A DNA stretch of 26,378 bases, taken from the sequence record SRR20825015_537; one strand, given 5' to 3'. The notes beneath the pieces are model-generated. The model saw only the letters and a program-made list of their open reading frames with translations. It was not told the DNA's origin and made no database searches. The position numbers and the translations under genes are program-made. Of the stretch, positions 6,391-14,902 are shown one piece after another (positions within the stretch are counted from its first letter, which is position 1; every line of letters starts with the position of its first letter).

Positions 6391-8589
6391 ATGGGACGCC
6401 AAGCAATAATTCTGAGCCTGCTGGCAAGCACGGCGACCGTTTTTCCTGCCTATGCGGATATGGCATTCAACCGTATCGCTACATTTCCGGTAGCAGAGAA
6501 CCTGCCCGCAGAAACCGAAGCCGCGACCGAAACCTCATCCGAGATCATCGCACGCAGCGCGGACGGCAAGACATTGATCTACTCCGACAGTCCGCTGGGT
6601 GGCGTGGGTTTCGTGGATATCAGCGACGCCAAGGCCCCGAAGGCCGGCGGGATGCTCAAGCTGGAGGGTGAGCCGACCTCAGTGGGTGTGGCGGGCCAGA
6701 AAGCCATCGCGGCCGTGAACACCTCCGACAGTTTCACCAGCCCTTCGGGCAATCTCGTCGTGATCGACATGGCGTCGAAAACCGCCCGGAAGTCCTGCGA
6801 CCTGGGTGGCCAGCCGGATTCCGTAGCCATTAGCAATGACGGCCGTTTCCTTGCCGTCGCCATCGAAAACGAGCGCGATGAAGACCTGAACGACGGTGCG
6901 ATCCCGCAAATGCCCGCCGGTGACCTGAAGGTCTTCAATCTCACCGACGGCGTACCGGATTGCAGCAGCATGAAATCAGTGGCGCTGACCGGCCTCGCCG
7001 AGATTGCACCGGAGGATCCCGAGCCCGAGTTCGTCGATTTCAACGACGCCGGCGATATCGTCGTTACCCTCCAGGAGAATAACCATATCGCTGTGGTTTC
7101 GGCGGAAAGCGGTGAAGTAACGGGCCATTTCTCCGCGGGCCAAATCAGCCTTGAGAACATCGATACGCTGGACAATGGCTCCATCGATTTCAACCAGACA
7201 GCCAACGAGTTGAAGCGCGAACCGGACGCTGTGAAATGGCTGGACGATGATCGCATCGTCACTGCCAACGAAGGCGACTATCAAGGCGGATCGCGCAGCT
7301 TCACCATATTCAGCAGGTCGGGCGAGGTTCTGTTTGACAGCGGTAACGATCTCGAGTTTCGCGCCGCGGCTGCCGGCCATTACCCAGACAAACGCTCCGA
7401 CGCCAAGGGAACGGAGCCGGAAGGTCTGGAAGTCGCGACCTTCGGCGATCAGCGGTATATTTTCGTGGCGCTGGAGCGCGCTTCTCTCGTGGCGGTTTAC
7501 CGCGACACTGGCGCTGAACCGGAATTCGTCCAGGTCCTCCCGTCCGGTATCGGCCCCGAAGGCCTCGTGGCCATACCCGAACGTAACCTGCTTGTTACCG
7601 CAAATGAGGCCGATCTTGCTGAGGACGGCGCCGCCCGCTCTCACGTGATGGTCTACGAACTGACCGAGGGAAAGCCTGCCTATCCGACCATTGAATCGGC
7701 TCTGGACGACAGCGGGGCACCTTTCAGCTGGGGCGCCCTCTCTGGCCTCGTGGCAGACGCTGAAAAGCCGGGCACGCTCTACGCCGTGTCCGATTCCTTC
7801 TACAGCAACCAGCCGGCCATCTTCACCATTGATGCGGCTGAGAGACCGGCGCGGATCATCGCCAAGACCGTTGTCACGCGTGACGGGATGACCGCCCAGA
7901 AGCTCGACCTCGAGGGCATCGCCAATGACGGCGAAGGCGGTTTCTGGCTCGCTTCGGAAGGCCGCACCGACCGTCTGACGCCGCATGCGCTCTTCCGCGT
8001 CGATGCAGCCGGCGAGATCAGGGAGGAGATCGCACTTCCCACCGAGCTCCTCGCAGGCGAAAAGCGCTTCGGAATGGAAGGCGTGACGGTCGTCGGTGAA
8101 GGCAATGACCGGATGCTGGTCATGGCCATTCAGCGCGAATGGAGCGATGATCCGAAGGGGCAGGTAAAGCTGGTAAGCTACAGGCCTGGTTCCGGCGAGT
8201 GGGCCGCCGTGCGTTACCCGCTTGATACAGCCGAGAAGGGCTGGGTCGGCCTCTCCGAGATCACCGCTCACGATGGAAAACTCTATATCATCGAGCGTGA
8301 CAACCAGATCGGCACGTCTGCGAAGATCAAGAAACTCTACAGCGTTTCCCTTGATGATTTTCAGCCTGTGGCACTCGATAAAGAGCTGCCTCTGGTCGAA
8401 AAAACGCTGGTGCGCGACCTGCTGCCTGACATGAAATCCGCCACCAACGGCTATGTCGTTGACAAGATTGAAGGCTTCGCCATCGACATGGAAGGCACGG
8501 CTTACTTCGTCACTGACAATGATGGCGTGGATGATTCCTCCGGCGAGACGATTTTTGTCAATCTTGGCAAACTCGACGCCACCAACTGA
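6391..8589 (+). CDS. Secreted two-domain protein: choice-of-anchor-I-like beta-propeller plus 'esterase-like activity of phytase' domain (putative phosphatase)
   Basis: GAGGGA SD; signal peptide ending AYA-D. Motifs PEPEFV, VTLQENNHIA, EPDAV, TANEGD, RSDAKGTEPEG in the N-half; LSGL, LDLEGI, WLASEG, GLSEI, IERDN, KIEG, VTDNDG in the C-half. Confidence 0.82.
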   Translation: MGRQAIILSLLASTATVFPAYADMAFNRIATFPVAENLPAETEAATETSSEIIARSADGKTLIYSDSPLGGVGFVDISDAKAPKAGGMLKLEGEPTSVGVAGQKAIAAVNTSDSFTSPSGNLVVIDMASKTARKSCDLGGQPDSVAISNDGRFLAVAIENERDEDLNDGAIPQMPAGDLKVFNLTDGVPDCSSMKSVALTGLAEIAPEDPEPEFVDFNDAGDIVVTLQENNHIAVVSAESGEVTGHFSAGQISLENIDTLDNGSIDFNQTANELKREPDAVKWLDDDRIVTANEGDYQGGSRSFTIFSRSGEVLFDSGNDLEFRAAAAGHYPDKRSDAKGTEPEGLEVATFGDQRYIFVALERASLVAVYRDTGAEPEFVQVLPSGIGPEGLVAIPERNLLVTANEADLAEDGAARSHVMVYELTEGKPAYPTIESALDDSGAPFSWGALSGLVADAEKPGTLYAVSDSFYSNQPAIFTIDAAERPARIIAKTVVTRDGMTAQKLDLEGIANDGEGGFWLASEGRTDRLTPHALFRVDAAGEIREEIALPTELLAGEKRFGMEGVTVVGEGNDRMLVMAIQREWSDDPKGQVKLVSYRPGSGEWAAVRYPLDTAEKGWVGLSEITAHDGKLYIIERDNQIGTSAKIKKLYSVSLDDFQPVALDKELPLVEKTLVRDLLPDMKSATNGYVVDKIEGFAIDMEGTAYFVTDNDGVDDSSGETIFVNLGKLDATN

Positions 8590-8607
8590 CGCAGCCTCCC
8601 AGGGCAG

Positions 8608-8642
8608 CGAAGCTCCGGCGCCAACGCCGGAGCTTCGTTTTT
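8608..8642 (+). terminator. Intrinsic terminator
   Basis: Perfect 13-bp stem CGAAGCTCCGGCG-CCAA-CGCCGGAGCTTCG followed by TTTTT. Confidence 0.9.
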
Positions 8643-8643
8643 G

Positions 8644-9654
8644 TCAGGCGACCTGAAGCACGATCTTGCCTATGTGAGCTCCATCCTCCATGCGCTCATG
8701 CGCACGCCACGCCTCCTCCAGCGGAAAGGTCATGTCCATGACTGGAGAGATGCGGCCGGCGGCCAGAAGCGGCCAGACATGCGCTTCCAGTTCCGTGGCA
8801 ATACGAGCCTTGAAGGCAACCGATCGGGGCCTGAGGGTGGACCCCGTATGGACAAGCCGCTTGCGCATGATCAGCGAGAAATCGACCGTGGCGCGGGATC
8901 CTTTCAAAAAGGCGATCTGCACGATGCGTCCGTCGATGGCGGCCGCATCGTAATTGCGTTCGATATAGTCGCCGCCAATCATGTCGAGAATGACATCAGC
9001 GCCATGGCCGTCAGTCTGTTCCTTCACGGCCTCGACGAAATCCTCATTGCGATAATTGATCGAGCGCACCGCACCCAGCGAGGCGCAGGCGGCGCATTTC
9101 TCGGCAGAGCCCGCTGTTGCGATTACCCTGGATCCCAAAGCCGTCGCCATCTGGATCGCCGTCGTTCCGATCCCCGAGGAACCACCATGAACCAGCAGTG
9201 TCTCGCCCTCCTTCAGGCTCCCACGCTGAAACACATTGTGCCACACAGTGAAGAAAGTTTCGGGGATCGCCGCCGCTTCCGCAAAGGTGAGATCGTGTGG
9301 GATCGGCAGGGCATTTGTCTCGTGGGTCAGGCAATACTCGGCATAGCCACCGCCAGGTGTGAGCGCGGCAATGCGGTCGCCAACCTGCCAGCGCTTCACG
9401 CCTTCGCCAACTGCAGCCACCTCGCCGGCAACCTCCAGTCCGGGCAGGTCCGAAGCACCGGGGGGTGCCGGATACAACCCCTTCCTCTGAAAAACATCCG
9501 GCCGGTTTATGCCGGCCGCGCGCACCCGGATAAGGATTTCCCCTTCGCCCGGCTTCGGCACATCCCGCCGCTCCGGTTTCAAAACACCTGGTTCGCCCGG
9601 TTCGCTGATTGCCACGGCCGTCATCTTCTCTGGAAGTGCTGTGTTGTTCATCAT
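8644..9654 (-). CDS. NAD(P)H-quinone oxidoreductase, PIG3/zeta-crystallin family (MDR)
   Basis: AAGINRPD, PGLEVAG, GGGYAEY, ETFFTVWHN, VHGGSSGIG, GSTLRPRS, HIGKIVL. Start at ATG 9654 or 9651 after AGGGG. Confidence 0.92.
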   Translation of the reverse strand: MMNNTALPEKMTAVAISEPGEPGVLKPERRDVPKPGEGEILIRVRAAGINRPDVFQRKGLYPAPPGASDLPGLEVAGEVAAVGEGVKRWQVGDRIAALTPGGGYAEYCLTHETNALPIPHDLTFAEAAAIPETFFTVWHNVFQRGSLKEGETLLVHGGSSGIGTTAIQMATALGSRVIATAGSAEKCAACASLGAVRSINYRNEDFVEAVKEQTDGHGADVILDMIGGDYIERNYDAAAIDGRIVQIAFLKGSRATVDFSLIMRKRLVHTGSTLRPRSVAFKARIATELEAHVWPLLAAGRISPVMDMTFPLEEAWRAHERMEDGAHIGKIVLQVA

Positions 9655-9809
9655 GCCCCTGTTGATTTGAAAAACATCTGACAACACAATCGGCGAGCGA
9701 TGCAATTGGATCAAGGCCAATCCTGAAGGCTGCCAGCCTGTCACGGTCGGCAGGCTGAAAGCTTCGCCGGCATCCGAGGACAGCAATCCAGATGACGGGA
9801 GAACAAACA

Positions 9810-10004
9810 ATGGGCATTTTCGACGAGGAAGAGAGAAAACCGGCTGCTCCCCACCAGCTTGGGCAGGATCTCTCCCTGCTATCGGTAGACGAGCTCAAGC
9901 ACCGGATCACGCTGCTTCAGGACGAGGTATCGCGGCTTGAACGAGAGGTCGAAAGCAAAGGCGCAACCAAAAATGCGGCCGAGGCGTTGTTTCATCGAGG
10001 CTGA
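9810..10004 (+). CDS. DUF1192 small coiled-coil protein
   Basis: GGAGA SD; HQLGQDLSLLSVDEL..RI.LL..E..RLE...K...AAEALF signature. Confidence 0.88.
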   Translation: MGIFDEEERKPAAPHQLGQDLSLLSVDELKHRITLLQDEVSRLEREVESKGATKNAAEALFHRG

Positions 10005-10207
10005 CACGGTTCAAACTGCGCTATCGCGGCCTTGAACGACGGTTTTGCGATGCAAACCACGGACTTATTCGCACATACTGTCAATCGCGTGTCTCGAAGA
10101 CGCCACCAATCATTCTATGGCCTTGCTCACGCCATCTTTGGATGGCGGGGGCATCTGGCAACAGACGCCCGGCCTGTTCGAACCCATACCCTCCTCGGAA
10201 GCATCTC

Positions 10208-11470
10208 ATGCTGTCACCTCTCGGCTCAATAATCGCTCTTCTACTCGGCACTGCTTTCCTGTTGACGGGGTCGGGTCTTCACGGGCTTCTACTGCCCCTG
10301 CGCGGCCAGATGGAAGGGTTTCCCACAGCTTCTCTGGGCGCTCTGGGCGCTGCCTGGGCGGTGGGTTTCGTGGCCGGCTGTTTCATTGCGCCCCGTATCG
10401 TCCGCCGAGCCGGCCATGTACGCGCTTTTGGCGCTTTTGCTGCTTCGGGCGCGATCATTGCATTGCTCACCGGCATGTGGGTGGACCCGGCCGGCTGGGT
10501 GGTCCTGCGTATATTCACCGGCTTCACCATGGCGGGCGCTTTCATGGTGATCGAGAGCTGGTTGAACGAAAAGTCGACGAATGAGAATCGCGGCACCGTT
10601 TTCGGCATATACATGATGCTGACCTACGCATCGCTGACCGCGGGACAGATGACAGTAGCCTTCGGCAACGTTTCCAACACGATCCTTTTTATGACAACGG
10701 GCATACTGTTCTGCATGGCGCTCATCCCGACAGCGGTCTCCAAGGCTGTGAGCCCCGAGCCTCTGGCGCAGGTATCGCTGGACCTAAAGGGACTGTATCA
10801 GAACTCGCCGGTCTCATTTCTCGGCTGTGTGCTCGTCGGCATCGCGAACGGCGCCTGGGGCACGCTTGGAGCTGTCTACGGCGGGCTGATAGGCATTTCG
10901 ACACTGCAGATCGCCACGATGATGAGCATCGCCGTTCTTGCAGGGGCGGCACTGCAGCTTCCCGCAGGGCGCCTCTCCGACCGGATCGATCGCCGCCTCG
11001 TCATTGCGGGCGCCTCCTTCGGCTCGGGTCTGCTGGGACTGCTCATTCTTTTGAGCGCACCGCGCGACGGAACCTCTGTGATCGTGATGACCGCGATCTA
11101 CGGCGCTTTCGCCTACACGCTCTATTCGATCATCGTGGCGCATGCCAACGATCACGCCACCCCGGAAGATTTTGTCAAAGTCGCAAGCGGACTGCTCTTC
11201 CTTTACGGCTTCGGCACCATGCTTGGGCCATTGATCGGAGGCTTGCTCATGGAAATCATGCGGCCGGAGAGCCTGTTCCTCATTACCGCGCTCGCGCATT
11301 TCGGCCTGGGCGCCTACGCCCTGCTTCGCATCTCGCAGCGCGCTCCGGTTCCGGTGGACGAGCGCGAGGCCTTCAAGACGCTGCCGTCCGAACGCGCCGT
11401 CACACCGCAGGCAGCCGTTTTGGATCCGCGCAGCGACACCGAGGAGAATTTGGTTGAGACTGTCGAATAA
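10208..11470 (+). CDS. MFS transporter (YcaD-like)
   Basis: About 12 hydrophobic segments; RRAGHVRAF, IESWLNE...RG, GRLSDRIDRR (MFS motif A), AHAND. Confidence 0.9.
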   Translation: MLSPLGSIIALLLGTAFLLTGSGLHGLLLPLRGQMEGFPTASLGALGAAWAVGFVAGCFIAPRIVRRAGHVRAFGAFAASGAIIALLTGMWVDPAGWVVLRIFTGFTMAGAFMVIESWLNEKSTNENRGTVFGIYMMLTYASLTAGQMTVAFGNVSNTILFMTTGILFCMALIPTAVSKAVSPEPLAQVSLDLKGLYQNSPVSFLGCVLVGIANGAWGTLGAVYGGLIGISTLQIATMMSIAVLAGAALQLPAGRLSDRIDRRLVIAGASFGSGLLGLLILLSAPRDGTSVIVMTAIYGAFAYTLYSIIVAHANDHATPEDFVKVASGLLFLYGFGTMLGPLIGGLLMEIMRPESLFLITALAHFGLGAYALLRISQRAPVPVDEREAFKTLPSERAVTPQAAVLDPRSDTEENLVETVE

Positions 11471-11592
11471 GATTCACGAAACCAGTCTATGAGTCTCGTG
11501 GCAGCGCTGAATCCAGATTGCGCCAACGACAAGGCCCCCGCACCCGGAAACATTCGAGGCGGAGGCCGAAGGCCCTGTGCGGACCGCATGTC

Positions 11593-11647
11593 AAAAAGCA
11601 ATCCGCCAGCCACGGGAACATCTGTGATGTCCGGCTGACAGTCCTGC
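11593..11647 (-). terminator. Possible intrinsic terminator on the minus strand
   Basis: Long imperfect stem (minus strand GCA..CTGTCAGCC-GGACATC-ACA-GATGTTCC..GGCTGGCGG..TGC) followed by TTTTT. Confidence 0.45.
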
Positions 11648-11792
11648 CACAAGACGAAATCTCTTCAATCGATTTCGCTTCGCAAAGTGCCCCTGAAACA
11701 TCGGCCGGAATGGGGCTCCGGCTTTCAGTTGATCAGACGTTCCGTCTATGCGTCAGGTTGTTTCACGCGCATCCGAATGGATGTGCAATGAC

Positions 11793-11972
11793 CTAGTGAC
11801 GGGTAACCGCCGACTTGAGCTTTTCCATCTCGTCCTTGATGGCCAGCTTGCGTCGCTTGAGTTGAGCCACATCGAGTTCGTCTACAGATGGATGGAGCTT
11901 CGCATTGTCGATTTCACGCTCCAGTTCGCCGTGTTTACGCTTCAACTCTGCAAGATGGGATTCAAGAGACAT
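11793..11972 (-). CDS. DUF465/YdcH-family small protein (59 aa), not in the ORF track
   Basis: AAGGAG SD. MSLESHLAELKRKHGELEREIDNAKLHPSVDELDVAQLKRRKLAIKDEMEKLKSAVTRH has the L...H..L...I......LK+KL.IKDE signature. Confidence 0.9.
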   Translation of the reverse strand: MSLESHLAELKRKHGELEREIDNAKLHPSVDELDVAQLKRRKLAIKDEMEKLKSAVTRH

Positions 11973-12243
11973 GATTGGGATCTCCTTTGCTTCCTCGAGA
12001 ACTCACCGGCCCCGATGCCCGCCCGCAGGAACCGGCGATCAGAATAGTGTGCCATCACAAATGTGGCTTGTCGAACACCGTCTGGTAGCATTTCCTGAAA
12101 CACTGAAATGTGGTATAAGCGCCGCCGCTGCCGGGATGAATTCGACGGCGTCGCTGGGTTGCGGACTGAGATGCGGACTCAACAACGGACCCCGCATTTG
12201 TGTTTGCAGCCAAAGTTTCGCGCATGTAGGTCAACTGACTGTG

Positions 12244-12450
12244 GTGACATCTGAACAGGAACAGGCGGAGATACGTCTGGAATTCGCCCGCCTCAAACAG
12301 GATCACGCGGATTTCGATGCCGCAATCAACGCGATGATCGCCACCGGTTGCGATCCACTTCGCATCCAGCGCATGAAGAAAAAGAAACTGGCTCTGAAAG
12401 ACAGGCTCCAGGAACTGGAAGACAATATTATCCCGGACATCATCGCCTGA
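12244..12450 (+). CDS. DUF465/YdcH-family small protein (second paralogue)
   Basis: LKQDHADFDAAI...IQRMKKKKLALKDRL..LED.IIPDIIA. GTG start at 12244 or 12241 is inferred; the longer track ORF has an implausible N-terminus. Confidence 0.88.
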   Translation: MTSEQEQAEIRLEFARLKQDHADFDAAINAMIATGCDPLRIQRMKKKKLALKDRLQELEDNIIPDIIA

Positions 12451-12540
12451 GTTCTCTTGAATGGGGGACTTGCCGCCAGGCAAGCTTGCGATGGCGTCCG
12501 GTTTTGACTACAGCCTCATTTTTGAATGCGAGGGGATTTG

Positions 12541-13032
12541 ATGGCTGAGCGGTCCGCCCGAGTGGCGATTATCATGGGGAGCCAATCCGACTGGGCAACA
12601 ATGCGGCATGCCGCAGACACGCTCGACCAGCTCGGTGTAGAATATGAGGCGAGAATTGTCTCTGCGCACCGTACGCCGGAGCGTCTCTACGACTTCGCCA
12701 GGAACGCCCGCGACGAGGGTTTTCAGACGATTATCGCAGGCGCTGGTGGTGCTGCTCACCTTCCAGGCATGACCGCCGCATTGACCCCGCTTCCCGTCTT
12801 TGGCGTACCGGTAGAATCGAAAGCGCTTGCCGGGCAGGATTCACTTCTTTCCATCGTGCAGATGCCGGCTGGTATCCCGGTGGGAACACTTGCCATCGGC
12901 CGCGCCGGCGCGATCAACGCAGCGCTGCTGTCCGCGGCCGTGTTGGCGCTCCACGACGAGAACCTGGCAGACCGGCTTGATGCCTGGCGCACAGAACAGA
13001 CGGCGAGCGTCGCCGACTATCCGGTCGATTGA
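12541..13032 (+). CDS. purE: N5-carboxyaminoimidazole ribonucleotide mutase
   Basis: [42 protein letters not shown]. Confidence 0.97.
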   Translation: MAERSARVAIIMGSQSDWATMRHAADTLDQLGVEYEARIVSAHRTPERLYDFARNARDEGFQTIIAGAGGAAHLPGMTAALTPLPVFGVPVESKALAGQDSLLSIVQMPAGIPVGTLAIGRAGAINAALLSAAVLALHDENLADRLDAWRTEQTASVADYPVD

Positions 13033-13034
13033 GC

Positions 13035-14111
13035 ATGAATGCTCCGCTCCCTCAAGGCGCCACGATTGGAATCCTCGGCGGAGGCCAGCTTGGACGCATG
13101 CTGGCGATGGCCGCAGCGAAACTGGGCTACCGCACCGTGGTGCTGGACCCCGCCGGTGACAGTCCCGCAGCTCAGGTTGCCAACACTTTCATTCACGCCG
13201 CCTATGATGACACGCCCGCTCTCAAGGCACTCCTCCGGCAGAGCGATGTCATAACCTACGAGTTTGAGAATGTGCCTGTAGCAACGGCCTTGTCTCTATC
13301 CGAGGAAGTTTCCGTCTTCCCCCCTCCGGAAGCTCTTGAGGCAGCACAGGACAGGCTGGCGGAAAAAATTTTCCTGAACGCCGCAGGGATATCCACAGCC
13401 CCCTTCATGTCTGTGGACAATGATGACGACCTTGCGCGCGGGCTCGAGCGTTTTTCAGGTGGTGTGCTCAAGACGCGCCGAATGGGCTATGACGGCAAGG
13501 GCCAGCGTGTCTTTCGCAACGTCGATCCCGGCACACACCAAGGTGTTTTCTCCGAAATGGGAGGCGTTCCCCTCATTCTGGAAGCCCTGGTTCCGTTCCG
13601 ACGGGAAATTTCCGTAATCGCTGCGCGATCAATAGACGGAAGCATCGCCATCTACGACCCTGCTGAGAACGAGCACAGGGACGGCATCCTGCATCGCTCA
13701 ACCGTGCCCGCCCGTGTCGACCCCAGAACTCTCGGCGCGGCAGAACAGGCGGCGACTGAAATTCTGGGTTCGCTGCACTATGTGGGCGTGCTTGGGGTGG
13801 AGTTTTTTGTGCTCGATAGTGGCAAGGTCCTCGTCAACGAGATTGCACCACGAGTCCACAATTCCGGACACTGGACCGAAGCGGCCTGCACCGTCTCCCA
13901 GTTCGAACAGCACATTCGCGCCGTGGCCGGCCTGCCGCTCGGCGACACACGCCGCCATTCAAACTGCGTGATGGAAAACCTGATCGGCGATGAAGTGCTA
14001 AGCGCACCGGAACTGCTCAGAGAACCTGATCTGATGCTCCATCTCTACGGCAAGACCGAAAGCAGGCCTGGCCGCAAGATGGGCCACTTCACGCGCCTCA
14101 CACGCAGCTGA
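13035..14111 (+). CDS. purK: N5-carboxyaminoimidazole ribonucleotide synthase
   Basis: IGILGGGQLGRM, TYEFENV, GYDGKGQ, NEIAPRVHNSGH, HLYGK..RPGRKMGH; follows purE. Start at ATG 13035 or TTG 13029. Confidence 0.97.
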   Translation: MNAPLPQGATIGILGGGQLGRMLAMAAAKLGYRTVVLDPAGDSPAAQVANTFIHAAYDDTPALKALLRQSDVITYEFENVPVATALSLSEEVSVFPPPEALEAAQDRLAEKIFLNAAGISTAPFMSVDNDDDLARGLERFSGGVLKTRRMGYDGKGQRVFRNVDPGTHQGVFSEMGGVPLILEALVPFRREISVIAARSIDGSIAIYDPAENEHRDGILHRSTVPARVDPRTLGAAEQAATEILGSLHYVGVLGVEFFVLDSGKVLVNEIAPRVHNSGHWTEAACTVSQFEQHIRAVAGLPLGDTRRHSNCVMENLIGDEVLSAPELLREPDLMLHLYGKTESRPGRKMGHFTRLTRS

Positions 14112-14511
14112 GATCGCCTTCCTCGCATTCGGCAAGGGCCGCCAGCTGCTCTGTACGCTCCTCGGTGAGCTTCTGAAGGCATTGAGCGCGGATCATTGGT
14201 TCTATGGAACCGCCGCGCACGGCCAGTGTCTCAAGATCGCAGTGAGCGTCACGAAAGCCGATCCACGCCCGCTGCGCGTCGCGCAACAGGGTGCGTGCAT
14301 CCTCATTCCCTGAATACCGCTGTCTCACAGAGGCATACTGAGCGTTCAGCGCCTTGTCGGCAGCTTCATACTCCCTGGCTGCACACTGCGTCATGTCGAG
14401 TTGCGTCTGCGCATTGTCGCAGTCCAGATCCTCAGCGTGGGCTACGAAACCGAAGGGGGCAAGTACCAGTGCCAGGATGGCGACCGAACAAAGATAATGG
14501 CGAAAAGACAT
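14098..14511 (-). CDS. Secreted LprI/DUF1311 (lysozyme-inhibitor-like) family protein
   Basis: AGAGGAG SD; signal peptide AHA-E; DC..AQTQ..M..CA...Y..AD..LN..Y and LRDAQRAWI.FRDA.C motifs. Confidence 0.88.
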   Translation of the reverse strand: MSFRHYLCSVAILALVLAPFGFVAHAEDLDCDNAQTQLDMTQCAAREYEAADKALNAQYASVRQRYSGNEDARTLLRDAQRAWIGFRDAHCDLETLAVRGGSIEPMIRAQCLQKLTEERTEQLAALAECEEGDLSCV

Positions 14512-14601
14512 ATCAAACTCCTCTGAGCTGCATCATCGATGCAGGACCGACATTTTCAGCCGCCTGAATCACGCGATTCATCCACCGCGACCCGCCGAAA
14601 G

Positions 14602-14631
14602 GTTGACACGGACAAGCATCCTCGTCTATGA
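14602..14631 (+). promoter_or_regulatory. Putative sigma70 promoter of the L36 gene
   Basis: GTTGACA-N17-CTATGA, close to the rhizobial CTTGAC-N17-CTATAT consensus. Confidence 0.55.
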
Positions 14632-14706
14632 GCCCATCGACTTGTGGCGCGCCATGGATGCGCGCCTTCTCATTTCGGGCCGCAAGGCCAACCACGGACA
14701 AGAACG

Positions 14707-14832
14707 ATGAAGATCAAAAACTCGCTCAAGGCGCTGAAGACCCGTCACCGGGAAAACCGCATGGTCCGTCGCAAGGGCCGCATCTACATCATCAACAAGT
14801 CCAACCCGCGCTTCAAGGCACGGCAGGGCTGA
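14707..14832 (+). CDS. ykgO: 50S ribosomal protein L36, type B (zinc-free)
   Basis: [41 protein letters not shown], 41 aa, no Cys. Confidence 0.97.
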   Translation: MKIKNSLKALKTRHRENRMVRRKGRIYIINKSNPRFKARQG

Positions 14833-14902
14833 TCCGCCGATTCTGGCGGTCCTCACGCGAAATTCAGTTTCTCTTTAACCATGCCGCGCCTATGATTGCG
14901 GC

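Noticed and set aside
11518-12047. Track ORFs 11518-11796 and 11748-12047 on the + strand
   Set aside because: No SD or family motifs; the second is the antisense shadow of the DUF465 gene at 11793-11972.
14607-14702. 10-bp direct repeat CACGGACAAG at 14607 and 14693
   Set aside because: Only two copies flanking a promoter and leader, with no mobile-element features; could be chance.
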